Part shown: piece after piece, positions 11,901 through 26,900 of the stretch
Layout of the letters: each line of letters begins with the position of its first letter
Position numbering within the stretch: position 1 is the first letter of the stretch
Assembly: GCF_004010195.1 (NCBI RefSeq)
Contig: NW_025215340.1
Coordinates: 24,170 to 88,169, forward strand
DNA: 64,000 nucleotides
Reading direction: 5' to 3'
Source: Chiloscyllium plagiosum
Lineage: Eukaryota
Program-made: the position numbers and the translations under genes
The notes under the pieces: generated by a model
What the model was told of the DNA's origin: nothing
Seen by the model: the letters and a program-made list of their open reading frames with translations, nothing else
Databases searched by the model: none

Positions 11901-14900
11901 ACAACCCAGATTGCTTCAGAACCAGAACCACTGATAACCTCCCAATGAAACAGTGAAAAATAGAAAATAGGAGCAGGGTAGGTCATTCATCCAATTGAGA
12001 GAAAGTGAGGGCTGCAGATGCTGGAGGTCAGAGCTGAAAATGTGTTCCTGGAAAAGCGCAGCAGGTTTCATTCAACCAATTGAGCCTACTTAATGCAAGT
12101 TCAATACAAAACCGCAAGAAGAAACCTAGTCAGCAAAATTTGCAGATTAATTGCTGGTTAATATCTTCTGAATGCATTTGATTCCTCCTATAGTTGTTTT
12201 CCTTTGCAAAAATCTATAGAAAGTAATGTATTAGGTACTGACAGACCTTTTGCTGACTTCAAGTTTCTGTACAAATCAGGTGTTCCCAGTCATGAGTGCA
12301 CTAAGAGGCAAGCACGTGAAACATGGTTGCTTAGTTGCCCACCAAACAATAACCACGAGTGAAAAAAAAGTTTGTTCCATTGGCAATTTTGAGAGGTTGT
12401 ACTGAAACATCATTAAACGAATACAGGTATACTTAAATGCCAATAAACAAGTTAGTTTAACATATTCATTTCATATGACAGCCTATTCTTTAACATTTCT
12501 AAAGTAAAACATACGAAGTCTCCGTGCCCAAAGAGTTGGTAAAGTTCTTCTCTTGTTTTCTCAATCTCCACAGAGGTGGTAATTCGCAGCTCTGCTGACA
12601 CAGTGACATTGTACTGTTCAACTTGCTGTATCATAGCAACTTGCTCAGATGCATTTCGGCCCTAGACATCAATAACAATGATTTAAAAAATGCGATTATT
12701 GTCAACATTTTTGTAATTTTTTAAAAAAAGAGCATACTGACACACAAAGATATAAGATACAAGTAATTCCTTAAGAGTTTTGATGAGAGGAAAGGAACAG
12801 GTTATAGAATCATAAAGTAATACAGCATGGAACATGCACTTCAACCCAAACTAGTCCATGCTGGCCATGGTGCTCACTCAGCTTATTCCAATTGCCTGCA
12901 TTTGGTCCATTTCCTTCTAAACCCTAACCAACCATGTATCTATTCAAAAGGTTTTTAAATGTTGCTATTGTACCTGCCTCTGGCAGTCCATTCCATATAC
13001 ACACCACTCTCTGTATGAAGAAGATGCCCCTCAAATCCTTCTTAAATCATTCCCCTTTCACTTTAACCTATGCCCTCTAGTTTTCAATTCACCATCCCTG
13101 GGAAAAAGACTATATGCATTGATCTGGTCTATGCCTCTCATAATTTTATACACCTCGATAAGGTCACCCCTCATTCCAAGGAATAAAATCCTATCTGACC
13201 AGCCTTTCCCTATAACTCAGGCTGACAAGGTAATATCCTTGTAAATCTTCTTCGCACTCTTTCCAGTTCAACTATGTCTTTCCTATAGCAGGGTGACCAA
13301 AACTGTACACAATACTTCCAAGTGCAGTCTCACCACGACCCATATAACTGTAACGTAACCTCCCAACTCCTACACCCAATGCCTCAACCAAAGAAGGCCA
13401 GCATGCTAAATGCTTTCTTTACCAGCCGGTCTACCTGTGATGCATCTTTCGTCGGGCCCTCTGTTCCACAACACTTACAATCAGAACCTTACCATTTACT
13501 GTCTAAGTTCTACCTTGGTTTGACTTTTCAAAGTACAACACCTCACATTTATCTGCATTTGCCAATCCTCAGTCTAACTGATCAAGATGTCGCTGTAAGT
13601 TTTGCTAACCTTCCTCACCATCAACGATATCTCCTAATTTTGTATCATCCACAAACTTACTAATCATGCCTTGTACATTCACATCCAGATTATTTAAATA
13701 CAATTTAAATTGTACATCCAGAAATAACAATTAACAAAGATCCTAGCGCCCATCCCTGTGGCACACCACTAGTCACAGTTCTCCAGTCTGAGAAACAACC
13801 TTCAACCATCACCCTCTGCTTCCTACCATTGAGCCAATTTTGAATCTAATTAGTTAGCTCGCCCTGGATCCCATGTGACCTAACCATCATGATTAGCCTG
13901 CCATGCAGGAACTTGTCAAAGGCTATATGTCTGTCTTTTTACTACTAGAGCTCTGTAGCCCCAGTAAAGATGGAAGATGTAGAAACAGAAAGAACTGAGG
14001 CTGGGGAAAGGCGTTATATGTTTTCATTGATAGATTGCAACTTGCCAACAAACTTCTTAAATCATTCCCCTATTAAATCATAAATTCAGTAAAATTAGTT
14101 TGTTGGCAAACAGAACAGCCAGAATTTGTGAAATAAATTATGACGTGACACAGTATATTTGAAGATGGCCGGCAACTTGTGGCAAGGTAGAGATACTCAA
14201 GACTGAATGTAACCACATTTGGCTAAGCCACATTTTAGATTAGATTTCACAGTGTGGAAACAGGCCCTTCGGCCCAACCAGTCCACACCGACTCCCCAAA
14301 GAGACCCCCGTGACTAATGCACCTAACACTATGGTCAATTTAACATGGCCAACTCACCTGACCTGCACATCTTGGGAGGAAACCGGAACAAGCCCACTCA
14401 GACACGATGAGAATGTGCAAACTCCACACAGGCAGTCACTCAAGGCTGGAATTGAACCTGGGACCCTGGTGCTGTGAAAGGCACTCTGCCTGTATTCCTG
14501 ATGAAGGGCTTTTGCTCAAAACGTCGATTTTACTGCTCCTCAGATGCTGCCTGAACTGCTGTGCTTTTCCAGCACCACTAATCCAGACCCTGGTGCTGTG
14601 AGGCAGCAGTGCTAACCACTGTATCACTGAGCCACCCACAGATTTCTATCAAGTTTCATGGAGGGTTTCTAATCCATATCAAACATTTTAGTGCTCTTGC
14701 CCCAGACCTGGCTCATCAACTACCTATCATGTCCCAATGGCACCCCTCTTGTCCATTCTGTGTGGGTTCTAGCAATTCTTATAGCCCGCACAATGACTAC
14801 TGCTGGGATATCCTGGAATAGACCATCATAATTGGCATCTGCTCCATCTTTAAAAGGCTATTGCACACCCAGACATCAGAGATGCCCTGCATGATTTGTA

Positions 14901-17900
14901 ATATTTGCTCGAGACATAGCAGAGATGGGGAAATTGGCACCCTATTTTGCAGACAGGGAGCTGGAAGTCCTTAAGAACAGAACGGTATAGATGGGTACAC
15001 CACTACCATCAGAGCTGCAGAGGAGGCCATTACACCAGATATTGCCTGCTTGGTCTAAGGTTTCAAACCAGGTCTGAGGAAGGGCCTGTGCCCGAAACGT
15101 CGAATCTCCTGTTCCTTGGATGCTGCCTGACCTGCTGTGCTGTTCCAGCAATAAAGTTTCAACTTCAAACCAGGTCTGTGTGGTCTCAGCCATATTTAGG
15201 TAAGCCCCGTGGATGAAGAAGGTCAATAAACATCCCCACTTTGCCAGGAAAAGTTACCACTATCTTTTCTATGCTACCTTACACTGACTCTATTTGAGTT
15301 AAAAAGCTTCTGGCTCTTAATTCCTGATGAAGAAACATCAACTCTCCTGCTCCTCGAATGCTGCCTGACAGGCTGTGCTTCTCCAGTACCACAACGTTCG
15401 ATTCACTTTCTCCTCTATTAATTGTCTCTGTTCATGATAGATATTAGTTAAAGAAAATTTCACAAATGGACAATAGATTTGCAGAATCTGGAATGTACTA
15501 ATCCAAAATCAAAGATGCAGAATCATAAATTATTTCCTGGTGATATTACGGAAAGCTGTATGATCAGCAGTGCTACTATTAAGTACATTATCTGCTTTTA
15601 CTGGCAAAAATGACTTTATGAAATGTTAAGCTTCGGAACTATGAATTCTTATTATTGATGCACATAAAAATAATGTATCCTCAATGAAACAAATTCAATT
15701 TATCTTGTGCACAGATAAATAAAAGCTACAAATAATAAAGTTTTAAAAATATGAGGTGATGGGAAAATTGAGGAAACATTTTCCATTCATCCTGCTATTA
15801 ATCATTTCCAAAGAAGAACGATCACCAGGAATTCTTTAATCGCTAAGCCTTTCGAATCATCTCATTAGGAGAAAAATTACTCTCATTTTGGTTAAGCGTT
15901 CATTTAATGGCTGAATTTTACCACTCTGTGTCAATTTCAGGGAGTTTCGTGGAGGGTTTCTCCTATGCAATTCTCTGCTGTTCACCTCATTATGTATGCA
16001 CCATGTCTCCACTGGCTAAGCTCTTGTGCTCACCAGCAATGTCAGTACTTCTCTTCCATAACAGCACAATAAATATACTCTTAATATGACCAAACTTCTA
16101 CACATCTATTTTATAACTCATTTTCTCTCTTGCCAGCTGCAGGCACTAGTGGCATCTGTATGGTCTCTTTGAAGACAGCTGCCCCACAAGACATCATCTT
16201 CCCCTCCATTTCTGAGGAAGAAGCTATAGATCCCCCAAAGAAAATGCTAGTTAAGTTGTCTCCTGCATCTTCCAACAGTTCAGATAGTAATATATTGGGA
16301 GGTACTTTACTGAGATTAGACTTAGGAATAGCTTGTGGTGAGCAGATTACGAGTAGATGCCTGCGGCTAGCTGAAGGGGAAATGCCAAAAGTCACTAATA
16401 TTCAGAGGGCTGCCAGAGCTCAGTGGGAGAAATAGTAACTTCATTCACATGCACAGGTAGGCACAGGAGCAGCAGGCAGGACTGTCCAGACACACTTGGG
16501 AAATGGGATTGAAGGTTGTGTGTGTCTCAGTCTTAGCAGAGAGGTTAGTGGCTCCATGGAGACCGTGGTCCAGCACACTCAGTACTGAATATATGTACAG
16601 ATACATGCTCCATCACTCAGTCACTGGTGCTCACCTTCTGAGGGCACATAAGTGATATGGGTGAAAGTTGATTGTAAATATATCATCATATTTTTAAATA
16701 TATGTTCACTTTTCATCATCAGGTCTGTGAGCGAATGTCATTGTAGCTGTCTTTTCATAGTGCCCATATGAGCATGAACTTTAGTTGGGATTGGATGGAG
16801 ACCATGATGGCTTATGTTATGCAGGCTTCAATCACTTTCTAACTTTAACTTTTATTAAACTAAAGGAAAACCTTAGAAAGATTGAAGTGTTATGTTACAT
16901 TTGCAGTTAAACTTAAACAAGAAACCTCAGCAGTATCAAAGCATTTGCAGTTAGTGAAAGATAACCTTTCACAAATCAGTCCTGCCTCACTTGCCTTGGC
17001 CTCAGATGCTGTACAAGGATGCTCAAGGTGCTTCCTTCTGAAGAACATCTTCATTGCCCTGCTGTGGATACAATGGATCCTCATTTTTCATCATTATCTC
17101 ATTCTGTTAGCCAAATGTCCAAGCAAAGAATACAAGGATTAAGTGGTATCCTCAATCTGTACTGTACTGCAACAAGCCCCCAGATAAGACTTAAGAACCT
17201 CATGTGGAGGGGACATTGTTGACCTCATTGGAAGAAAGTGTTATATTACATATACAGCAGGTGATGGAGAATATTTTACAAGGTCTATCCAGGTTGCTAT
17301 TTATTTGAATGACATGCTAATATTCAGGAAAATGAATAAGGAGCACTTAGAGAACTTGGGCATCGTCCTTAGAAGTTTCTCCAAGGCAAGCATATGCCTT
17401 AGAAGTGATCTACTTGGGCTACAGGCCGACAAGACTGGTTTGTACCTGTTGAAAAATAAAACAAGGGCAATCAAAGATGCTACAGCTTCCATGTCTGTAC
17501 CAGAGCTTAGGTCTTTCCTTGGACTGCTAAATTGTTAATTAAAGTTCATACGCAACCTGACCTACATCTAGGCACCCTTACAGCTGCTATTGAAAATGGT
17601 TCAACCTTGGAAATGGTCATGTCATGAAGACTTTAGGAAAGTGAAGACGCAGCTATCACCGTCTAAGTTGTTAGCACACTGAATCCAAGTGAGATCTGGT
17701 GCCGATATGCAATGCCTCCCCATAGGAAAGTCCTGTACAGTTGGCTCACAAATGGCCCAATGGAGCGGAGTGTCCAATAGCTTTTGCTTCCTGGACTTTG
17801 GCTGATGCAGAGCACAAATATGTCAGATAGAGAAGGAACGTTCAACCGTCATCTTTGGTGAGAGAAAGTTCCAGCCATACCTTTACGGACATAAATTTGT

Positions 17901-20900
17901 AATAGTAACAGAACACAACCCCCAGATAGGCCCACTCAAAGAGGACAAGGTTGTGTCACCCATAGCTTCAGGTCAAAATCAATGGTGGGCTCTCTTTCTA
18001 AATGTGTACAATTACAAGGTGGCACACTGTCTAGGAGGCTAAGTAGAGCCACCACCAACTGGCAGATACACCAATGGTGGTGCTGCTACTGCAAGTGTCC
18101 ATTCTGGTATTAAACTTTAGACACTCTTCCTTAGTCTGCCAATACCAGACTGTTGACACAAAAAAGATCCGATTATGGCCAAATCAAAGTAGCTGATTGT
18201 AATCTGGGAAACAAAAGTGCCACCACAATCAGAATTAAAATCTTTCTGGACCTAAAGATACCAGAAAATCATGGAGGATGACATTTTATTATGGGGAACA
18301 AAGAAATTGGCTGAACTCCACTAGGCTCATCCAAGAATATTCAAAATGAAGATGTTGGTGAAAAGTTATGTCTAATGGTCAGAATTGGATGCAGACATAG
18401 CTGCATTGGTAGACTGTGCCCAGAGGGCCAACAACGACAAAAATTACCAGTGGCAATAACCCCCACATTGGCTGGACAAACACTGGACTTGGTTACGTGT
18501 CGAAATGCCGATTATGCTGACTCATTGATGGGCTCAACATTCTTAGACATTATGAATGTTCTTAGTCAAAGTAGTTGTACATGCATAGAGTTAATTTGTT
18601 AAACACTGGGATGATGATAGAAAAGCTGCGAGCATCTTTTGCTCTCGCAAGTGTTAGTCAGAGACGACTGGCCATCATTTACCAGCTGGAAAGTCAAGTA
18701 TTTCCTAAAGTCGAATGGCAATCAGCATGTAAGAATAGCTCCATACCATCCATAATCTAATGGTCTGGCAGAAAAAGCAATCCAAACTTTGAAGGGGCAT
18801 GCTTAAAGAAACAGCTTATAGCTACACTCAATGTCAAAATGTCCCAGTTGCTATTTGATCATCAGACCACTCATCATGCAACTACTGAGATAGCTCCAGC
18901 AGTGTTTTTAATGGAGAGAAGACACAGCACCAGGTTAAGTCTGATCTTCCGGGACTTGAGGGAGATGTTGAAATGACATCAGAAATGCCAATGCCAGACA
19001 CAAGAATCCTCTAAATGAGCGGCAAATGGGACAAAATTTGATGCCAAAACCATGGAAATGGCTCAGCATCAGTAAGAGGTATAATCGACACCAGATCCAG
19101 TCCCTTGACTTACATTATTCGGGTAGCTGAGGCAGTCCTGAACAAGCACATGCACCACATGAATGCTGCAAACTTGCAAACTATCAGGGACAAAGCATAT
19201 CCGCCTGTCAAAACAGTGGGAAAGGCTGTCAAAACCCATGGGACGTACCCCTCTATCTAGCGTCGAAGAACCTCAGAGCCTGAGATGGACACAGTAGATG
19301 TTGCTGACTCGACACCTTTACCAACTGAAGAGGATGAATTTCCCCTGGGTCACTCCAGATGCAAGAAGTGGGCTACGGTTCAGTACGTGAGACTTGGTCT
19401 GAGGCTGAGCTGGAGGAATTGGAATTCGTGCGAAAATGCCGAAGAACAGGCTACAAGAAAAAGAGCAGACCATCGTCCTCTGACTTAGTGGAGGAAAGAT
19501 ATAAGGATTGTAATGAGTTCAGCCAGGTGGACTTCATAGAATATGAATTCCCTAATTGTGGCTGTTAGCGTGGTCAAATCAGGGAGCCCTAGTTGACAGG
19601 TGTGTTGAAGGTTCTGTTCACTCTGAGAGCTGGCTCTGAGGAAGCTGGATTCATGTCAAGTACTAAGTGACTTAGTGATAACATACTGGCCTCTGTGGAA
19701 TTACTTCAAACCCCAAAATCCCAACTGAGAGCAAAGCTAAAAGCCCGGGTCTTTATGAAACTGTCTCCAACCACTCATACTTCTTTTGTCTGATAAAAAC
19801 AAAACACACAGGGAGCTCAAAGATGTTTAGCCACTGCTTCAGAAGTAGACATTCAGCCACCAGTATGGCAAGACCTCTCTGAAAGAGACTTAAAGGCATA
19901 GGACCATCACTCTGAAGACTGCTCCCCATAGTATTTGGGAAATGGCCTTTGCTTGAAATAGAACATAGAACATAGAAGAATACAGCGCAGTACAGGCCGT
20001 TTGGCCCTCGATGTTGCGCCGATCCAAGCCCACCTAACCTACACTAGACCACTATCCTCCATATGCCTATCCAATGCCCGCTTAAATGCCCATAAAGAGG
20101 GAGTGTCCACCACTGCTACTGGCAGGGCATTCAATGAACTCACGACTCGCTGAGTAAAGAACCTACCCCTAACATCTGTCCTATACCTACCACCCCTTAA
20201 TTTAAAGCTATGCCCCCTCGTAATAGCTGACTCCATACGTAGAAAAAGGTTCTCACGGTCAACCCTATCTAAACCCCTAATCATCAAGTCACCCCTAAAC
20301 CTTCTTTTCTCCAATGAAAACAACCCCAAGTGCCTCAACCTTTCCTCATACGATCTTCCTACCATACCAGGCAACATCCCGGTAAACCTCCTCTGCACCC
20401 GTTCCAGTACCTCCACATCCTTCCTATAGTATGGAGACCAAAACTGCACACAATACTCCAGATGCGGCAGCACCAGAGTCTTATACAACTGCAACATGAC
20501 CTAAGGGCTCCGGAACTCAATTCCTCTACCAATAAAAGCCAGTAATCCATATGCCTTCTTCACCGCACTATTTACCTGGGTGGCAACTTTCAGAGATCTG
20601 TGTACATGGACACCAAGATCCCTCTGCTCATCCACACTACCAAGTATCCGACCATTAGCCCAGTAACCNNNNNNNNNNNNNNNNNNNNNNNNNNNNNNNN
20701 NNNNNNNNNNNNNNNNNNNNNNNNNNNNNNNNNNNNNNNNNNNNNNNNNNNNNNNNNNNNNNNNNNNNNNNNNNNNNNNNNNNNNNNNNNNNNNNNNNNN
20801 NNNNNNNNNNNNNNNNNNNNNNNNNNNNNNNNNNNNNNNNNNNNNNNNNNNNNNNNNNNNNNNNNNNNNNNNNNNNNNNNNNNNNNNNNNNNNNNNNNNN

Positions 20901-23900
20901 NNNNNNNNNNNNNNNNNNNNNNNNNNNNNNNNNNNNNNNNNNNNNNNNNNNNNNNNNNNNNNNNNNNNNNNNNNNNNNNNNNNNNNNNNNNNNNNNNNNN
21001 NNNNNNNNNNNNNNNNNNNNNNNNNNNNNNNNNNNNNNNNNNNNNNNNNNNNNNNNNNNNNNNNNNNNNNNNNNNNNNNNNNNNNNNNNNNNNNNNNNNN
21101 NNNNNNNNNNNNNNNNNNNNNNNNNNNNNNNNNNNNNNNNNNNNNNNNNNNNNNNNNNNNNNNNNNNNNNNNNNNNNNNNNNNNNNNNNNNNNNNNNNNN
21201 NNNNNNNNNNNNNNNNNNNNNNNNNNNNNNNNNNNNNNNNNNNNNNNNNNNNNNNNNNNNNNNNNNNNNNNNNNNNNNNNNNNNNNNNNNNNNNNNNNNN
21301 NNNNNNNNNNNNNNNNNNNNNNNNNNNNNNNNNNNNNNNNNNNNNNNNNNNNNNNNNNNNNNNNNNNNNNNNNNNNNNNNNNNNNNNNNNNNNNNNNNNN
21401 NNNNNNNNNNNNNNNNNNNNNNNNNNNNNNNNNNNNNNNNNNNNNNNNNNNNNNNNNNNNNNNNNNNNNNNNNNNNNNNNNNNNNNNNNNNNNNNNNNNN
21501 NNNNNNNNNNNNNNNNNNNNNNNNNNNNNNNNNNNNNNNNNNNNNNNNNNNNNNNNNNNNNNNNNNNNNNNNNNNNNNNNNNNNNNNNNNNNNNNNNNNN
21601 NNNNNNNNNNNNNNNNNNNNNNNNNNNNNNNNNNNNNNNNNNNNNNNNNNNNNNNNNNNNNNNNNNNNTTGAACAAGGGGACCACATTTGCTATCCTCCA
21701 GTCTTCTGGCACTATTCCTGTAGACAATGAGGACATAAAAATCAAGGCCAATGGCTCTGCAATCTCCTCCCTTGCTTCCCAGAGAATCCTAGGATAAATG
21801 CCATCAGGCCCAGGGGACTTATCTATTTTTGCCCTTTCCAGAATTTCCAACACCTCTTCCCTACATACCTCAAAGTCGTCCTTTCTAATTATTGTGACTC
21901 AGTATTCACATCGGCAACAATGTCCTGTTCCTGAGTGAATACTGACGAAAAGTATTCATTCAGTGTCTCCCCAATCTCTTCAGCCTCCACACGCAACTTC
22001 CCACTACTATCCTTGACTGGACCTATTCCTACCCTAGTCATTCTTTTATTCCTGACATACCTATAGAAAGCCTTAGGGTTTTCCCTAATCCTACCAACTA
22101 AGGACCTTTCATGTCCCCTCCTACATACAGTGTGTTTACTGCTGAAGGTGCTGACACGTTATGTGTTAATTTGATGGAGCATTACGTTGTACAGTATGTC
22201 TACCTGCTTGACTGTGCATTTTTGGTGAACATGACAAGCAGAACTGCTGTGAAGCTGTGAAGTTCTGAATAAGGCAGTAATGTGCAAAAACAAGGCAGAA
22301 ATGCTGTAAGTAGTCATACAGTGAGTAATGAAACAGCAAATGAAGAGGTCTGAGATGCATCCTAGCTAGTGCATGAGATGGATGCCTGTTCCTGCTCACA
22401 AAGTAACCTATTAGCAGCATTACAATGCAAAGTGCTGGTGCTCTCCAAAGGACAGCATTCAAGTGGAGACAGGCGACTGACTGTGTGGAGTTTGCACGTT
22501 CTCCCCGTGTCTGCGTGGGTTTCCTCCGGGTGCTCCGGTTTCCTCCCACAGTCCAAAGATGTGCAGGGTCAGGTGAATTGGCCACGCTAAATTGCCCATA
22601 GTGTTAGGTTAAAGGGGTAAATGTAGGGGTAGGGGTATGGGTGGTTGCGCTTCGGCGGGTCAGTGTGGACTTGTTGGGCCGAAGGGCCTGTTTCCACACT
22701 GTAAATAATCTAATCTAATCTCTAATCTAATGTAATGTGAGTGTTGGATATATGCCACGATGATGCAATAAGGCTGGTGCCTGTTCAATGCTTAACTCCA
22801 TGGATGTGGTGTATATGGTTGATATCCATGGAGCCTGTCTTGAGATGATGGTGATCCATGGAGCTGGAGCCATTAGGGTGTCTGCTCTGATTTTCATGTC
22901 AGGAATATTTGAAGGCTAGTTTATCTGTGGTGTATGATAGAAGAGCAGATTTCATCTAACTGAGGGAAGAATATGTAATTATAAAATGTGTATACATTCA
23001 AATGGATATCTTGTTGCTCACTAGCTAGATTCTCATTTAGCTGTTAAAACCTTTAAAGGAAAATGAGACTTCATTTTCTTGATGTCAAGAATCTCATCTC
23101 ACCATATTTCCTTAGCATATTTAACACTGCCCATATCTTTCAGGCTGAGAAAGGATTGGAAAAATTCCACCCACTCTGTTTAATTTTAAAGTAACAACCA
23201 CCTTTGAATATATGAGATGAACTGGATAATCTGGGATTATGAATTGGGAGTGCATAATAACACTTAATCATGGTATTATTCCAGTGTTAAAGTGCTGCTG
23301 TGTCCTCTTGAGATCACAATGACTAATTTTAATTGTTGGTTAGTTAGGGAACTATAGATGAAGAAAGTGGTTGTAAATTTCAGTATCCGTATCAATCACA
23401 GGCTTTGTTGCGTGGGTGGAGAAATCATTTCTGAAGACTAGGAATGTGAAAAGGTGGAAGTATTATGGCATGGCACCGAAGAAATGTTTTCAAGACTATA
23501 ACCAGGATCACAGACAGGGAACTGGAGAGGCAATATTTTGAAGCAATTGAGTTGGGTTTGCATTTGGAACACACTTATATAGACAACATTTTGTAATCTG
23601 CATTCAAAGTTAGGTGCACATTGCATGATATCTCTATTGCCAATGGCAGCAGCATTATATGCAGAATCCCATTGTAAGATATCGATACTGGAGCCACTAC
23701 TTATCTGAGCTGGAAGGTTCATTTACAGATTTTCTGTTACCATGCTTGGTAAAACTCAGTGAATCTCTGGTGAAGCATTCTATTCCACTTTCTATTTATG
23801 TGTTTAGGTTTCCTTGGGTCGGTGATGTCATTTCCTGTGGTGATGTCACGTCCTGCTCTTTTTCTCAGAGAGTGATAGAATCCAAATCAATGTATTTGTT

Positions 23901-26900
23901 GATAGATTTCTGGTTGGGATGTCATGCTTCTGGGAATTCTCGTGCATGTCTCTGTCTGGCTTGTCCCAGTCAAAGTGGTGGGCTTCCTCATCTGTATGTA
24001 AGGATACCAGCAACAGTGTGTCACGTGTTTTTGTGGCTAGTTCATGTTCATGTCCCCTGGTGGCTCGTTTTCTTCCTGTTGGTCTAACATAGTGTTTGTT
24101 ATGGTTCTTGCAAGGTATTTTGTAAATGACGTTCATCTTGCTTGTTATCTGTATCTACTAGGATATATGAACAGCAACTAGCCACAAAACGACATGACCC
24201 ACTATCATTAGTATCCTTACATATAGATGAGGAAGGATACCACTTTGACTGGAACAACACATCTATCCTAGACCAAGCCAAACAGAGACACACACAAGAA
24301 TTCTGAGAAGCCATGGCATTCCAACCAGAACTCTATCAACGAAAACATTGATTTGGATGGCATCTCTCACCCTCTGAGGAAAAGAGCGGGAAATGAAATC
24401 AACACAGGAAATGACATCACCAATCCAAGGAAACCTAAACACATAAATAGTAAGCAGGCCATAACATCAGTACTTTCACCGGAGGCTCATGGATGGTCAC
24501 CTAGTATGGTGACGAAACATCTGAAAATGAACCTTCCAGCTCAGCGAGCAAATTTACATCCAGAACTTCAACCTGAGCTACAAATCTTCTCCAAACTCGC
24601 TACCACTACTTACCTCCCAGTGAATCCATTGGTATAGGGAAAGATCAATTTTCCTGAAATCATCTGAGGTAACATCACATAAATTCCTAAACACAACCAC
24701 ATTTTAAGTCAAATTTGAATAGAGATATTATGCAATTGTCAATAGTATTAAGAATTAAAGGACAATTTTTTTAAGTACACCAAATATTTGATTTATGCAC
24801 ACCATTTTATACAGTCTAATTAACACTGTATTAATAGTGGGAATGTATTTTATGACCTGGTAATTAAAATAAAGATCGTCAAATGTAAATTTACACATTT
24901 AATTTATATCCAAAAATTACTGCAACATTAACTAAAGCAATTAAATTTAACTTAAGAATAACTAAAGCCTTACTAGATATAAAAGAGAGGCAACGTTTTA
25001 ACGCAGAGGGTGGTACGTGTATGGAATGAGCTGCCAGAGGATGTGGTGGAGGCTGGTACAATTGCAACATTTAAGAGGCATTTGGATGGGTATATGAATA
25101 GGAAGGGTTTGGAGGGATATGGGCCGGGCACTGGCAGGTGGGACTAGATTGGGTTGGGATAGCTGGTCAGCATGGACAGGTTGGACCGAAGGGTCTGTTT
25201 CCATGCTGTACATCTATGACTCTATGACTCTATAATAGGAAGTATCTTGTCTCCTCCTATCTCTATGATTCTCCCTCGCAATTCCTTCTGGATTTTCTCC
25301 ACCCCTTTCCTCTCTTACAAGACTGTTTGTAAGAGTCTTATCCAAATCACTGCGATATACCAAATGTACAATACCTCAAGCTCCACACTGCACTTGTATT
25401 GCTGTGGGAAATAGCATGAGACAGCTGGGCATTTCTCAAAGACAGATTTAAAAAAGAAAACAGAATTCTTCTCAGTGTTCTCAAGGAAGGTTAGGTTCTG
25501 TACTTGGATACTCATGCCACACTATGAAACTGCTGGCAGGTATAGGCAAGCCTCTGTCCAGAGATGTGTGTCTATTAAAATTGAATCTTCAGGATTTTTT
25601 AAATGTAAGGTTAGCATTTATTGTCCATCCTTAAATGTCCAGAAGGAAGCATATGCTATGGTCAGCACGTTCATGATTTTGCCCTCTACAAATTATTCGT
25701 CTAATCCAAATTTAGATTTTTGACTTTATCCAAAGCTCCTCTAGCACCAAGCCATTATCATTGAACACATTGTCCAAAGGATTTGGACAACAAATTCACC
25801 CTGGCATTCAGTCAGTGGTTAAAGATCAGGTAATTAAAACATTCCAAGAAACTTCAGAAGCTTACATGAATTAATGCAGTTTTTGAGCAAAGTAAAATGT
25901 AATTCTGCAAGTACAAATTCACCCCACAAACTTATATGTGTATGTGTGCATATGAGTGTGTGCTTGGGGAGGGAAGGGGGTGGTTATGAGTCTCTGTGAT
26001 TACACACACTCTCTCATAGGGACTCATAATCCCCCCTCCAACTCACACACACACCCAAATGCGCACACACACATATAAGTTTGTGGGGTGAATTTGTACT
26101 TGCAGAATTACTTTGCTCAAAAACTGCATGAATCCATGTAAGATCCTGTAAATCTGTCTTTCAGATTAGAATCTGTCTGACCATTGAGGCACAGACAGCC
26201 ACACAGGGAAGCTCACACCTTGAATACATTATCTGGGCCGACATGACACCAATTGTTAAAGTTCACTTGTGAATGTAACTTTTTTTTAAAAAGAAGTTTT
26301 GTGATTTACATATGAAAGAACTGAAACCAACATGGTCATTCTAAAAGATGACAGACTTACAAACAATCTAGGTCTTTTTTAATATATAATTTCAGTTACA
26401 TTACACTGTAAACTTTTGCTATAAATTGTGTGTCTTACAATTCTATTCTCCACAATCACCTGATGAAGGAGCAGCGCTCCAAAAGCTAGTGCTTTCAAAT
26501 AAACCTGTTGGACTATAACCTGGTGTTGTGTGATTTTTAACTCCAAAGAAACTTCATTAAAACTTAGAATGTGGAGATTTGAGTACAATGCTTTAATCAG
26601 GATTGCTTAAGGCAGAAATTGGACAGCAAAAGTAAGAATTGTTTGATCTGGAAACGTCCTAATTAAACAATTGTAATCTAAAACATTATTGAATTGATTA
26701 ATGAACATATATTTTTGTTCCAAGGTATGTATTACATGTGCCAAAGTAGAAATAATCCTTTTGAGATATTAACTGAACACGTTAAATTTATTCTGTCATT
26801 CTGTTAAAAAGGTATAGCCAGAAACCTGGGAAAGTAACTATTTTAGCCATGTAATATTCTTCACTCCATTTTCTTTCACCAGTCATATTTAAGGGGAATG

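Noticed and set aside
16111..16435. Overlapping ORFs of about 100 aa on both strands
   Set aside because: No recognisable domain or splice context. Probably a decayed repeat, but I cannot assign a family.
20501..21853. Long ORFs of 365-450 aa (also 49411-50244)
   Set aside because: Their length comes from translation through N runs; the real parts are CR1 RT.
25375..25450. Minus-strand segment ...[10 protein letters not shown]|gtat resembling the end of KHK exon 4
   Set aside because: The true exon 4 is at 24614-24686. This segment lacks the WIH motif and a suitable acceptor at 73 nt.
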